DNA of 64,000 bases from a candidate division WWE3 bacterium (GTDB lineage: Bacteria > Patescibacteriota > WWE3 > UBA101185 > UBA10185): positions 40,321 to 104,320 of the forward strand of contig JACPGI010000004.1 of assembly GCA_016182565.1 (NCBI GenBank), read 5' to 3'. Position numbers and translations under genes: made by a program. Positions 8,648-19,174 of the stretch are shown one piece after another (position 1 is the first letter of the stretch; every line of letters begins with the position of its first letter). The notes beneath the pieces were generated by a model, which did no database searches, was not told the origin of the DNA, and was given only the letters and a program-made list of their open reading frames with translations.

Positions 8648-10507
8648 TTAATCTTGCTTATAAACTCTCAATGTCACCATCCTCTTACTCTCTTTTCTAA
8701 ATTCATCAACTTGCTCTATAAGTTCAGCCTTTGGAAATTTAACTTTAAGCTTTTCCAAAGTTTCACCCAAAGTCTCATTTAACATAAGTTCCACTGTAAC
8801 ATCCTCGTAAGTTTTGTTTGGAATGTAGTCTATAACCCTTAACTTCTTAGTTCCCGATTTTACAAGGTTTTCGGTAAAAAGTGTGAATCCGTCGTTTCTT
8901 AATTCACCAAGCTCCAATTTGTCTTGATATATTGTTACCACATTTGTATTTTTCATGTTGGTTTGAGAGCTTGATTTATTTTCCATTTTAGCTTTATATG
9001 AGACATTACTAATCCCAAGATTAACAAATAATCCACTTAGGATCTTTTTTACCTCATCATTAGTTTGTCTTGCCCCATTATCATTTAGAACAATACCCTC
9101 AACTACTTTGATTTCTTTTATATCTTCGTATTTCTCGCCAATTTTAAAATAAGTTCTACCTACTTCAAAAAGTCTTATTACTGAATATTTATGTTTTTTA
9201 TAAATTTCAAGAACTGGTCTTAGAGTCTCTGCAACATTTGTCCTCAAGGCATTTTGCTCTGAGTTTAGAGCGTTTTCTAGTATTATTTGAGTTTTATCAT
9301 TACCATTTACCATAGTCATCGGACTTGATATGTGTTCGTGCATCCCAAGGTTTACTAAAATATCTCTTATTTTGTCCTCGTAATCCATCAAAGTTGGAGT
9401 TATTTCTTTTGGTGAAGCTGAATTCATGAGTTCATTTGGAATATTTTTATAATCGTTTATTCTTAAAATGTCAGATACTATGTCGTCTTCTACTTCTATA
9501 TCTGTTCTAAAAAACGGAATTTCTAAGGTAAGCTCCAAGGTACTTTCTTTGATAATTTTATATTCTAATTTGGTTAGAATATCCTTAACTTTCATGGGGT
9601 CAACATCAATACCACCGATAGTTTTAATTCGACTAAATCTTAATATCATGTTTTTTGGCTGGGCTTTATTTGGATAATAATCTTCATTTTCAAAATACTG
9701 CCCCCCAGCAAGTTCTAAAATAAGTTTTGTGGCCCTTTCAATAGCAATTTGAGTAAGTTCAGGATGTAAAAACTTTTCTGTTCTTGCGACAGTCTCGTTT
9801 CTTATATTTAATCTGCGTGATGTCTTTCGTATATTTGATTGATTATAATTTCCGGCATCCAAAATAATATCTGTAGTTTTGTTGTCAACTGCAGTTAATT
9901 TTGAGCCAACAATTGCTCCAATACCTATTAAATTATTACCTTCTGCCATAACTAAGGTTTCACTATCTACTGCCACCTCTTGCCCTAGAAGTGTTAAAAC
10001 CTTCTCCCCAGCTTTACCATGTCTAAACACAATCTCTTGCTTTGAAAATTTTGATAGATCTTGTGCGTGCATTGGTTGTCCGTACTCAACCATCACAAAG
10101 TTTGTAATATCCACTATATTGTTAATTGTTGGAAGGCCATAACTCTCAAGACGCTCTTTAATCCATATTGGAGAGTCCCCTACTTTAATGCCTCTAAAAA
10201 CTCTGGTATTAAATCTTTTTACGAGCTCTGGTGCTTCTATTTTAATTTTTACCCCGCCCTGACCGTTTGATTCTGGTACCAAGCCATCTGGTTTTTTAAG
10301 CTTTGTGCCATCAAAAGCGGCAAAATCTCTAGCGCAGCCAATAATAGAAAGCCAGTCAGCCCTATCCATACGGTGCTCAAGATCCAACACATCATTTTCT
10401 ATAGGTTTATCAAGCATTAATCCAAGAGACGTAAAAGAGTCAGCTATTTCTGCTGGGGTTTTCTTTGTATCTATATAGTCTTTTAGCCAAACTAAAGGTA
10501 ATTTCAT
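8648..10507 (-). CDS. pheT: Phenylalanine--tRNA ligase beta subunit (lacks B2 OB domain)
   Basis: WLKDY, DRADWLS..GCAR, INNIVDITNFVMVEYGQPMHA, RLFEVG; follows pheS. Confidence 0.93.
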   Translation of the reverse strand: MKLPLVWLKDYIDTKKTPAEIADSFTSLGLMLDKPIENDVLDLEHRMDRADWLSIIGCARDFAAFDGTKLKKPDGLVPESNGQGGVKIKIEAPELVKRFNTRVFRGIKVGDSPIWIKERLESYGLPTINNIVDITNFVMVEYGQPMHAQDLSKFSKQEIVFRHGKAGEKVLTLLGQEVAVDSETLVMAEGNNLIGIGAIVGSKLTAVDNKTTDIILDAGNYNQSNIRKTSRRLNIRNETVARTEKFLHPELTQIAIERATKLILELAGGQYFENEDYYPNKAQPKNMILRFSRIKTIGGIDVDPMKVKDILTKLEYKIIKESTLELTLEIPFFRTDIEVEDDIVSDILRINDYKNIPNELMNSASPKEITPTLMDYEDKIRDILVNLGMHEHISSPMTMVNGNDKTQIILENALNSEQNALRTNVAETLRPVLEIYKKHKYSVIRLFEVGRTYFKIGEKYEDIKEIKVVEGIVLNDNGARQTNDEVKKILSGLFVNLGISNVSYKAKMENKSSSQTNMKNTNVVTIYQDKLELGELRNDGFTLFTENLVKSGTKKLRVIDYIPNKTYEDVTVELMLNETLGETLEKLKVKFPKAELIEQVDEFRKESKRMVTLRVYKQD

Positions 10508-10513
10508 ATATTC

Positions 10514-11542
10514 TTAATATTTATATACCAACCCCCCGCCATATAATTTTCTGATGTCAGAAATTCCAAATTTTTGCATGACGTGTCTATCCAGTCCCAT
10601 ACCAAAGGCAAATCCGGAATAAACCTCAGGATCAATTCCGCAAGATTTGAGTGTATTGTAGTGAATCATGCCGCTTCCCAGCATTTCAATCCATCCTCGC
10701 TGCTTACATACATCACAACCTACACCCTTGCAAAACTTACACTGCATATCAACTCCCATCCCGGGTGATACCTCAGGATAGTATTTGTATCTAAAGCGCA
10801 AAATGGTATCTTCTCCAAACAAAAACTTATGCACAAGTTCAAGAGTTGCTTTAAGGTGTTTCATTGTAATACCTTTATCTACAACTACACCTTGATATTG
10901 ATAAAAAAATGAAGAGTTAGTTTTATTTGGAGTCTCATTTCTAAAACATTTTCCAGGTATGACTACTCTTATTGGTGGCCTGTAATTAGTTAAAACACGA
11001 GATTCCACGGAAGAAGTATGCGTTCTAAGAAGTATTTCAGGTTGCGTTACAAATAGGGTGTCCTGCAGGTCCGTAGCTGGATGGTCTTCTGGTAAATTTA
11101 ACTTACGAAAATTAAACTCTGCTGTCTCTACTTCTGGACCCTCAAATACAGAAAACCCATGATACCTAAAAAATTTATTCATCTCTCTTATAACCTGAGT
11201 TGTAGGGTGGAGGTATCCTGATTCTTTTGGAGGAAGCGGCATAGTAAGATCAATTGTAGGGTCTTCATACTGCTCTTTTTCCTGTAGTATTTTTTCATGG
11301 CCAATTCTATTTTTATATTCGTCTTGGAGATCGTTAATAATAGGACCAAACTCTTTGCGTTCATCGGATGAAAGCTTTGGTAATTCTTTTATAAGTTCTG
11401 TAATAACTCCGTGCTTTTTGGAAAAGTACTTAACATAAATCTCATCAAGTGTTGAGTTATTTGCATTACTGCCGTTTTTAGCGTTTTGCAAGTCGTTTTC
11501 TAGCTCTTTTTTTATGTCTTCAATCTTTTTGTTTAGATCCAT
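10514..11542 (-). CDS. pheS: Phenylalanine--tRNA ligase alpha subunit
   Basis: HPATDLQDTL, LLRTHTS, GKCFRNE, GFAFGMGLDR; CxxCxxxGCxxC insert. Confidence 0.97.
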   Translation of the reverse strand: MDLNKKIEDIKKELENDLQNAKNGSNANNSTLDEIYVKYFSKKHGVITELIKELPKLSSDERKEFGPIINDLQDEYKNRIGHEKILQEKEQYEDPTIDLTMPLPPKESGYLHPTTQVIREMNKFFRYHGFSVFEGPEVETAEFNFRKLNLPEDHPATDLQDTLFVTQPEILLRTHTSSVESRVLTNYRPPIRVVIPGKCFRNETPNKTNSSFFYQYQGVVVDKGITMKHLKATLELVHKFLFGEDTILRFRYKYYPEVSPGMGVDMQCKFCKGVGCDVCKQRGWIEMLGSGMIHYNTLKSCGIDPEVYSGFAFGMGLDRHVMQKFGISDIRKLYGGGLVYKY

Positions 11543-11589
11543 GGGTAATCTACTTTAATAACTTATATGATTTTATAGGGAAATTGTAC

Positions 11590-11946
11590 TTACTTAAAGG
11601 CTTTTTTGACTTTTTCTACTACGGACTCAAAAGCTTTTACGTCTTTTATAGCAAGTTCAGAAAGCATTTTTCGATTTAATTCAATTTTTGCAAGGCTAAG
11701 GCCGTTTATAAATTTACTGTAGTTAAGGCCAGTTGCTGTTAATGCTCCACTTAATCTTGTGATCCAAGTTTGTCTTAAATCTCTTCGTCTAATTTTTCTT
11801 CCACCAAAAGCATACTCACCTGCAGCAAGTACAGCTTCTTGAGCACGTCTAAATCTCTTGCTTCTAGACTCTTGATATCCCTTTGCAAGTTTTAATACTT
11901 TTGTGTGTTTTTTGTGGGCGCTTGGGCCCCCCTTTACTCTTGCCAT
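11590..11946 (-). CDS. rplT: 50S ribosomal protein L20
   Basis: MARVKGG, WITRL, NYSKFINGL, LNRKMLSELA. Confidence 0.97.
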   Translation of the reverse strand: MARVKGGPSAHKKHTKVLKLAKGYQESRSKRFRRAQEAVLAAGEYAFGGRKIRRRDLRQTWITRLSGALTATGLNYSKFINGLSLAKIELNRKMLSELAIKDVKAFESVVEKVKKAFK

Positions 11947-11947
11947 A

Positions 11948-12163
11948 TTATTTTACCTTCCTTGCATGACTGTGTAATAGTTGTTTAAAAATATTTTTAT
12001 GCCCGATGTTTAGTACTTGACCCCCTAAGTTTTTTCTTGTCTTTTTGTTTGCTGACCACTTTCTTTTCAAATGTGAAGTACTTACGTTTTTTCGCAAAAT
12101 CTTACCATTTTTAGTGATTTTTATTCTTTTCATTGCTGTTCTTTTTGTTTTTAGTTTTGGCAT
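11948..12163 (-). CDS. rpmI: 50S ribosomal protein L35
   Basis: MPKLKTKRTAMKRIKITKNGKI; between infC and rplT. Confidence 0.93.
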   Translation of the reverse strand: MPKLKTKRTAMKRIKITKNGKILRKNVSTSHLKRKWSANKKTRKNLGGQVLNIGHKNIFKQLLHSHARKVK

Positions 12164-12199
12164 TGTTTTTCCCTTTGTCTTCAACTTTTAAGTTTTGGA

Positions 12200-12712
12200 C
12201 TATTTTTTTATAAATGTCGTTTTTATTTCGCCACCGATTTGCTTTGCATTTTCCTCAGTTTTTGCAATATCACTAAGTGCTGCAGTGAATTTGGCTATTT
12301 TTTCAAAGCCAACTTCTGGAAAAGCCTTTTCTCGGCCTCGCAATTGTACAGTAATTCTTACTCTATTGCCATCCAGTAAGAACTCTCTAGATCTTTCGAT
12401 TCTAGTGTTGATGTCGCCTTCTCCGATGTGTGGCCCGAATTTGAATTCTTTGAGTTCACTTTTTTTGGATTTGGCTTTTGCTGCAGAAGCTTTTTTGCTT
12501 TCATCATAAAGAAATTTGTTGAAATCCAGGATTTTGGCTATCGGTGGAGTTGCCCCTTCTGAAACCACAACTAGATCCAAATTTCTGTTTTTAGCTTCGG
12601 TTATAGCGTCACGTGTAGGTAAGATACCCAAATTTTCCCCGTCCTTGGTAATAACTCTAAGTTCGTTTGATCTTATTCTTTCGTTTATTTGGTATCTTTT
12701 ATCGTAACTCAC
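12200..12712 (-). CDS. infC: Translation initiation factor IF-3
   Basis: INERIR, LDLVVV, PPIAKILDFNKF, LRGRE; GTG start downstream of AAGGAG. Confidence 0.96.
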   Translation of the reverse strand: MSYDKRYQINERIRSNELRVITKDGENLGILPTRDAITEAKNRNLDLVVVSEGATPPIAKILDFNKFLYDESKKASAAKAKSKKSELKEFKFGPHIGEGDINTRIERSREFLLDGNRVRITVQLRGREKAFPEVGFEKIAKFTAALSDIAKTEENAKQIGGEIKTTFIKK

Positions 12713-12837
12713 GTTTTACGTTTTTCTCCTTGCAACAGGGGGAATTTACCATAATTGTGCCCTGTTGGTCAATAAACTTGGTTAAACTACTTTGTCCTTT
12801 AGTTTTAAGTTCTTTTATAAATGGAAATTTTGGCATT

Positions 12838-14649
12838 TTACTGTGATTTTTCCCATAGGTTTAATGATCTATTTTCATATAGCCTTTTTATTTCAGTAGC
12901 AACTAGTTCTATGTCTACTGCACCTAAATCTTTACCGTCCCGAAGTCTTAAACTGACTTGATTATTAGCAATCTCCCTGTCCCCTACTACCATCATATAT
13001 GGGATTTTTTGTAACTGCGCATTTCTTATTTTTGCACCAAATGAGTCACCTCTGTCGTTTATCTCAACTCTTAGTCCCATATCAAATAACTTTTCTTGAA
13101 GTTTTTTACCAAACTCTACGTGTCTATCTGCAATAGGGATTATTTCTACCTGAACCGGTGCAAGCCATACAGGGAAGTTTCCCCCAAAGTGCTCAATCAA
13201 AAAGCCAATAAACCTTTCATGAGAGCCAAGTGGCGCTCTATGAATAACCGCGGGGCGCTGAACTTTACCTTCACTATCTATGTATTCAAGCTTAAATCTT
13301 TCCGGCATAAAAAGATCGAGTTGGTTAGTAGAAATGCTAAACTCACGTCCAATTGATGAAACTACGTTAAAATCTATTTTTGGTCCGTAAAAGGCGGCTC
13401 CACCTATGTCGTCTTTTGCTTGGATATCAGATTTTGCTATAGCATTTCGCATGATCTTTTCAGCCATATCCCATACGGTTTTGTCCCCGTGGTATTTGTC
13501 CTTCTTTTCTTCACTTGGAAGTCCCACCACTAAGTAGTAGTCATTTTTGGTAAGGCCTAATGCATTGTAATAATATTCGTGTAATTTTAAGACTGTCAGA
13601 AATTCTTCTTCTGCTTGTTCCAGAGTGCAGTAAATGTGGGCATCGTTTTGTTGTAAACCTCGTACCCGCATCAAACCAAACAAAGAACCGGATTGCTCGT
13701 AACGGTAACACATGCCATATTCGGCTACTCGTAACGGTAATTCTTTATAGGACCTTTGATGGGATTTAAAAATCATATGGTGGTGGGGGCAGTTCATGGC
13801 TTTTAGATAGTATTCTTCACCGTCTATGTCTATTGCGTTATACATATCGTCTTTGTAGTAAGGGATATGCCCAGAAGTTTCGTAAAGTTTACTTTTCCCG
13901 ATGTGTGGGGTAGATACCCTGACATACCCCCACTTGCGTTCTGTTTCTTTCGCCCATTTTTCCAGCTCTTCCCTTACGATATTGCCTTTTGGTAGCCATA
14001 ATGGGAGTCCTAAGCCCACATCTTCACTAAATGTAAAAAGCTCAAGTTCCTGACCTAGCTTTCGGTGGTCTCTTTTTTTGGCTTCTTCAAGTTTTGCGAG
14101 GTATTCATCTAAGTCTTTTTTTGAGGTAAATGCAGTAGCGTATATTCTTTGAAGCATTTTATTTTTCTCATCCCCTTTGTAGTAAGCTCCTGCAACACTA
14201 AGGAGTTTAAATGCTTTTATGTCCGAAGTATTTGCTATATGAGGTCCTGCACAAAGATCCAAATCATGATGTGTGTCTTTTTCGGTACCAATTTCACATA
14301 CAGTAATTTTTTCACCTCTTGCAATTATTTCTTCAAGGTTAGTAAGTTTGTACGGATTTTCTTTAAATATTTCTTTACCCCGTGCTTCGTCGATTTCTGT
14401 CATTTTAAGATCAAGTTTGGCATCAATGATTTCTTGCATTTTAGCCTCAATCTTTGGAAAATCCTCAACAGATACCTGAGTATCAAGATCGAAATCAAAA
14501 TAAAATCCGTCTTTGATAGGTGGTCCCATTACTTTTTTAGTTTCTGGGTAAAGCTCTTGCATGGCGGTGTGCAAGATATGTTCAGCACTATGCCTTAGTG
14601 GCATTAGTGGGTCGTCTTTTAATTGTTCTATTACTTTTAGTTTTGCCAT
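12838..14649 (-). CDS. thrS: Threonine--tRNA ligase (no N-terminal TGS domain)
   Basis: LRHSAEH, DLCAGPH, RDHRKLG, KAMNCPHH, AFYGPKID, HRAPLGSHERF. Confidence 0.97.
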   Translation of the reverse strand: MAKLKVIEQLKDDPLMPLRHSAEHILHTAMQELYPETKKVMGPPIKDGFYFDFDLDTQVSVEDFPKIEAKMQEIIDAKLDLKMTEIDEARGKEIFKENPYKLTNLEEIIARGEKITVCEIGTEKDTHHDLDLCAGPHIANTSDIKAFKLLSVAGAYYKGDEKNKMLQRIYATAFTSKKDLDEYLAKLEEAKKRDHRKLGQELELFTFSEDVGLGLPLWLPKGNIVREELEKWAKETERKWGYVRVSTPHIGKSKLYETSGHIPYYKDDMYNAIDIDGEEYYLKAMNCPHHHMIFKSHQRSYKELPLRVAEYGMCYRYEQSGSLFGLMRVRGLQQNDAHIYCTLEQAEEEFLTVLKLHEYYYNALGLTKNDYYLVVGLPSEEKKDKYHGDKTVWDMAEKIMRNAIAKSDIQAKDDIGGAAFYGPKIDFNVVSSIGREFSISTNQLDLFMPERFKLEYIDSEGKVQRPAVIHRAPLGSHERFIGFLIEHFGGNFPVWLAPVQVEIIPIADRHVEFGKKLQEKLFDMGLRVEINDRGDSFGAKIRNAQLQKIPYMMVVGDREIANNQVSLRLRDGKDLGAVDIELVATEIKRLYENRSLNLWEKSQ

Positions 14650-14903
14650 TGTTTTGTTTTCATACTTGCGTTTTATCAAAAGTTTTTTGACACTACCCAT
14701 TTAATATGTTGAGTGTTACAAGCCTTGAATAACTATTAGTTTACTATATTTGAACAAATCTGGGTATTTGGAAGTGGCTTGTGATTTGTTTCAGGTTTGG
14801 TTTTGGATTTTTGCAGACAATTTAAAAAGGTGTAGAATGCAGAAAATTTAACCTTTGTCTAATAAACTTCAAATTCGTCCAATAAATATTAAGGAGAGAT
14901 CAA

Positions 14904-15587
14904 ATGAAAAAAAATCTTGTGTATTTTCGCCTTGACCGGCTGGAAGCGGGAATTGTTTTTGTTATGACTTTCTGGCTGGCATTCTTGAGCACAGCGTTGT
15001 TTGACAACTCTGTAACATACGCACTGCTGTCCAGCTTCACAGTTGTGATCATCGTGTTCTATCTGCTTCGATTCCAGATATATCTTGTGGAAAAAAGCTG
15101 GGTGTGGCGGATTCAACTGTGCAAAGCTGTCGGGTACCATGCTGGCTATTACCTAATGATCGCGTTTGGAGCATTGCTTTCGACAGCTACTGCCGCGGCT
15201 TTGTTTTTCTTATTTCGTGGGCAGCAATTAAGCCCTCGAGATATCCAAACAGCAGGTATCATATGTGCTTCTGTTGTTTCTGCGCGTGTGGTTTGGTTGG
15301 GGTTTGTGTTTAATCAGACCCCGCTTCTTGACTGTCGTATGTTACCCATCAAGAAGAATCCATTAAGTCAGCTACATGTCTACTCAACCGAGTTTGAGCA
15401 ATTTTTCCTGGTTGATTCCAGTTGGGAAATCCGACCAGATGGAGAAATTGCTTGGGGCTATGCTGACTCGGTACCAAATTATCTTAGCCGTGAGTATACC
15501 TTTGTATTACCGCCGTATTGTTTCATGTATGTGTCCCTTGGTGATCGTCTTGACTGGGATGAAGAAGATCTCGGCGACATACCGTAA
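14904..15587 (+). CDS. Orphan membrane protein (~4 TM helices plus soluble C-terminus)
   Basis: AAGGAG SD, upstream TTGCAG..TAGAAT, hydrophobic segments, own terminator. Confidence 0.65.
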   Translation: MKKNLVYFRLDRLEAGIVFVMTFWLAFLSTALFDNSVTYALLSSFTVVIIVFYLLRFQIYLVEKSWVWRIQLCKAVGYHAGYYLMIAFGALLSTATAAALFFLFRGQQLSPRDIQTAGIICASVVSARVVWLGFVFNQTPLLDCRMLPIKKNPLSQLHVYSTEFEQFFLVDSSWEIRPDGEIAWGYADSVPNYLSREYTFVLPPYCFMYVSLGDRLDWDEEDLGDIP

Positions 15588-15643
15588 GGGTATGCTGCGG
15601 TATATTCAATAGATTTTGGAAAACCTGTTTGTACCATAAAATG

Positions 15644-15685
15644 AAAATGCGTGCTGGTTAGATTATTCCGACCAACACGCATTTT
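15644..15685 (+). terminator. Intrinsic terminator
   Basis: AAAATGCGTG/CACGCATTTT plus TGGTT/GACCA, followed by a T-rich tract. Confidence 0.65.
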
Positions 15686-15713
15686 TTGTACTTTTTATTG
15701 CTACAATACCCAA

Positions 15714-16376
15714 GTGATATTAAACATTTACAAACCTGTAAATTGGACAAGTTTTGACGTGGTTGCAAAGCTAAGGGGAATTTTACATACAAGAAAAATA
15801 GGGCATGCTGGAACTCTTGATCCTTTGGCTCAAGGTGTTTTAGTAGTTCTTACAGATAGTGATACTAAAAAGCAAGATAACTTAATGCACCAGGAAAAAG
15901 AATATGAGGCAGATTTTGTTTTTGGCGCGGCAAGCCCCACGTATGATCTAGAGGGACCACTTGAACTTTCACATACCAAAATTACATTGGATGCACTTAA
16001 AGCACAGCTACCTAATTTTCTTGGGAAGTATATCGGTGAATTTGAACAAAAAATTCCGGCTTATTCTGCAAAACGCCAAAACGGTAAAAAATTATATGAA
16101 CTTGCGCGTGCAGGAAAAATAACCCAAGAAACACTTCCTACAAAAAAAGTTAATGTAAAGTCACTTACAATAACAAATTATTTTTTTAATGAATCTTTAG
16201 ATTTACCCTCAATCACAGTTAAAATAACTTGTGATTCGGGTTTTTATGTACGTTCCCTTGCTCACGATTTAGGTGAGGATTTAGGTTGTGGTGCAGTTAC
16301 GACAAGAATATTAAGAACAAGAGTTGGTGATTATAAAGTAGAAGATAGTGTGACAATCGAATCTATTCTTGGATAA
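15714..16376 (+). CDS. truB: tRNA pseudouridine(55) synthase
   Basis: KIGHAGTLDPLAQG, PAYSAK, CDSGFYVRSLAHDLG; GTG start 6 nt after TACAAT. Confidence 0.95.
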   Translation: MILNIYKPVNWTSFDVVAKLRGILHTRKIGHAGTLDPLAQGVLVVLTDSDTKKQDNLMHQEKEYEADFVFGAASPTYDLEGPLELSHTKITLDALKAQLPNFLGKYIGEFEQKIPAYSAKRQNGKKLYELARAGKITQETLPTKKVNVKSLTITNYFFNESLDLPSITVKITCDSGFYVRSLAHDLGEDLGCGAVTTRILRTRVGDYKVEDSVTIESILG

Positions 16377-17070
16377 GGCACATTTCATCTTCAATATGGT
16401 CTTGTTTAATGCGTGAAACTATCTCTTTTGCCACATACTCTGGTCTGAAATATTTATGCCCATTTTGCTCAAGCCTTTTTTTATCTGGTATATCAAGTGG
16501 ACCAAAATTTGTCATAACACTACTAAAACTAAGAAGAACTACTTTTATACCTTTATCTCTAAATTCTTGTGCCATGGTAAGACTCATACCTCTTAAGGCA
16601 AATTTTGTTGAATTATAGGCAAGTCTTGTCTCTTCTATTTTGAAGCCGCATTGAGAACCGGTGTTTATAATCATTGGTGTGCTGGATTTTTGCAAGTTGG
16701 CAAGTAAAATTTTGGAAAAAATAAACGGAGCATGTACATTTACGGCAAATGAATCAAACCAGCTTTTTGGATCAATATTTTCCAAATTATCGTAAACTCC
16801 AATGCCAGCATTATTCATAAGGATATCTATTTGAGGATGGTTTTTAGCAATTTGGAGTGCGAGGTTTGTTGTTTTGCCAATATCACTAAAATCGGTTTCG
16901 TATATGGAAACGTCTTTAAGACTAATTTTAGTGACCAGTTGGTTAAGTTCCTCTTGATTTTTAGCAACAAGGATAAACTTTGCCCCATCTTTTGCAAACT
17001 CTTGCACAAATGCTTCCCCAATTCCTCCCGTTGCTCCTGTGAGAAGGATAGTTTTATTTTTTAAATCCAC
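16363..17070 (-). CDS. Short-chain dehydrogenase/reductase
   Basis: TGATGGIG, NNAG, YNSTK (YxxxK); GTG start 6 nt after TATAAT. Confidence 0.9.
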   Translation of the reverse strand: MDLKNKTILLTGATGGIGEAFVQEFAKDGAKFILVAKNQEELNQLVTKISLKDVSIYETDFSDIGKTTNLALQIAKNHPQIDILMNNAGIGVYDNLENIDPKSWFDSFAVNVHAPFIFSKILLANLQKSSTPMIINTGSQCGFKIEETRLAYNSTKFALRGMSLTMAQEFRDKGIKVVLLSFSSVMTNFGPLDIPDKKRLEQNGHKYFRPEYVAKEIVSRIKQDHIEDEMCLIQE

Positions 17071-17199
17071 ATGAAAATTATAGAGGTTTTGGGCGGTGAT
17101 GTTTAGGGGAATATATACATATCTAATGAGGTTGATTTTACTAAATATATAACTTATAGTATAATGAGGTTGTAAGATATCAATGAAAAGGAGACCCAC

Positions 17200-17412
17200 A
17201 TGTACAGAGTTGAGATCGTGAAAATTGGCACGTATTATTATTTGATGGTCTGTGGTAGTGAAACCTACCTACAGGTCTCACTGACCTCCGGCATCGCCAT
17301 ATTTGGCGGATTTGATAATGCATGGCAGTTCAGCAGTATTGACGAGTTGGATCGCATTGCAGCCGGCAGAGGGCTCTACATCGTCAACATCGCCGATTTT
17401 CAGATGGGATGA
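17200..17412 (+). CDS. Orphan small protein (70 aa)
   Basis: TTTACT-N17-TATAAT promoter, AAAAGGAG SD, downstream hairpin. Confidence 0.6.
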   Translation: MYRVEIVKIGTYYYLMVCGSETYLQVSLTSGIAIFGGFDNAWQFSSIDELDRIAAGRGLYIVNIADFQMG

Positions 17413-17428
17413 AGACCCTATCATAATT

Positions 17429-17469
17429 TTGACAGTCGACTGCAGCCAAAAGCTATAGTCGACTTTCAA
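17429..17469 (+). terminator. Hairpin after orphan gene
   Basis: Self-complementary AGTCGACT at 17434-17441 and 17457-17464, inner AGC/GCT, outer TTGA/TCAA. Confidence 0.5.
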
Positions 17470-17584
17470 CCATTCTTTGAGTGTTACTCGGTGTTATTTC
17501 AAGACCCCGAAACCAAATATATTATTTTCTAGTACCCATATTTATAGATTGACCAATCTAGTACACAGATGTATACTTCTCCTC

Positions 17585-18454
17585 GTGGAAAATTACATAG
17601 GCAAAAAACTTAAAGAATTAAGAGCAAAATCAGGAATTACTCAGAAGGAGTTGGCAAAACACCTTGGATGTACGGAGATTATGATAAGTAGGTACGAGCT
17701 TGGGGTTAGTCAGATATCAATCCAACAATTAGAAAAGATAGCCAAAGTTTTCAAAACCCAAATCGCTGCATTTTTTGATGGTAGTACTATTGGTGCTAGT
17801 GTTCCTCATTCTTTTAAAAACGCCTTTGTTTTTGATCTGGATGATACCCTAGTTGACGGTAGATTATTTTGTGGAGAGACAATCGCTAGAGTTATCACAA
17901 ATGTTAACCCATCAGTAAATTTTGATGCAGTTGTACAACTTCACGAGTCAATAAGAGGTATGACTATCGAGGACCTTTATATACATATTCTAACTGAGTT
18001 AGGAATAAAAGCCGATGTTAAGCAACTTTTAAAACATGACCACAGCATTCAAGAAGAAAACATAGATAAAATGAAATTGTTTGACGGTGTTGTTGACATC
18101 CTAGAGTTTTTAAAACGAAACAATAAAAAACTTTATGTGTGTACGAACCGTTCCAAAGACTTAATGACAAAAGTTTTTGAAGCTAGTCAAATTTTACCTT
18201 ATTTTGATGAGGTAATTTCTTGTGTAGATAGTGGTTATAAGAAACCTAATCCATACTGCTTGATAGACTTGATTAAGCGCTCTGGAATGCCTGCCAATGA
18301 ATTTATTTATTTTGGAGATTCTGAAATTGACTCACAGTTTGCACAAAATGCCGAAATTGATCACATTATTTTTGATCAATACCTTAATAACAAAAACCTC
18401 TTTAAAAAATTAGTTAATATGTTTTTAGAAAATCAAATCAACGGTGAGAAGTAA
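17585..18454 (+). CDS. XRE-family HTH fused to HAD-IA phosphatase
   Basis: LKELRAKSGITQKELA..ISRYELG HTH; FDLDDTL, CTN, KKPNP, GDSEID HAD motifs; TTGACC-N17-TATACT promoter 7 nt before GTG. Confidence 0.85.
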   Translation: MENYIGKKLKELRAKSGITQKELAKHLGCTEIMISRYELGVSQISIQQLEKIAKVFKTQIAAFFDGSTIGASVPHSFKNAFVFDLDDTLVDGRLFCGETIARVITNVNPSVNFDAVVQLHESIRGMTIEDLYIHILTELGIKADVKQLLKHDHSIQEENIDKMKLFDGVVDILEFLKRNNKKLYVCTNRSKDLMTKVFEASQILPYFDEVISCVDSGYKKPNPYCLIDLIKRSGMPANEFIYFGDSEIDSQFAQNAEIDHIIFDQYLNNKNLFKKLVNMFLENQINGEK

Positions 18455-18485
18455 TAAAACATTTTGTGATCTTACTGAGTGGATC

Positions 18486-18562
18486 TGGTGGGCGATACAG
18501 GGATCGAACCTGTGACCTCTACAATGTCAATGCAGTGCTCTAACCAGCTGAGCTAACCGCCC
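18486..18562 (-). tRNA. tRNA-Val(GAC)
   Basis: Cloverleaf GGGCGGT/ATCGCCC, anticodon loop TT-GAC-AT, GTTCGA T-loop, encoded CCA. Confidence 0.97.
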
Positions 18563-18580
18563 CAAACCCCTCCCCGACCA

Positions 18581-19174
18581 TTACTTCTTAGAGGGCATTA
18601 TTTTGTCAACTATTCCGTATGCGACACTTTGTGTTGCATCCATCCAATTATCACGCTCTATGTCTTCCATAACTTTTTTCAAGGTTTTACCGGTGTTTTC
18701 TGCAATTGCTTTTGCATAACGCTCTCTTATTTCAATCAAATGTTTAGCTGTAATTGCGACATCAGTTGCTTGTCCTTCAACTCCACCTAGTGCTTGATGA
18801 ATCATCGTATACGCTCCTGGAAGCATAAATCTTTTTCCCTTTGCTCCAGCACTTAATATCAAAGCTCCAGCGGAAGCTGCTAATCCCACGTTTATTGTAG
18901 TTACAGGGTTTTTTACATGCTTTATAGTGTCATACATGGCAAATCCTGAGTAAGCCCCACCACCGGGTGAATTTATGTATACACTAATATCTCTTTTTGG
19001 GTCCTCATTTTCCAAAAAAAGCATCTGAGCTATGAAAGTGTTTGCCACCCCATCATCAATAGGCCCTGTAACAAAGATAATAAAATCTTTCAAAAGTCTT
19101 GAATAGATATCATATGATCTTTCAAAGCCGCTACTATCTTTTTCAACAACAATTGGTACTAAACTATTTCTCAT
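18581..19174 (-). CDS. clpP: ATP-dependent Clp protease proteolytic subunit
   Basis: YDIYSRLLKD, YINSPGG, GLAASAG, MIHQ, ERDNWM. Confidence 0.97.
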   Translation of the reverse strand: MRNSLVPIVVEKDSSGFERSYDIYSRLLKDFIIFVTGPIDDGVANTFIAQMLFLENEDPKRDISVYINSPGGGAYSGFAMYDTIKHVKNPVTTINVGLAASAGALILSAGAKGKRFMLPGAYTMIHQALGGVEGQATDVAITAKHLIEIRERYAKAIAENTGKTLKKVMEDIERDNWMDATQSVAYGIVDKIMPSKK

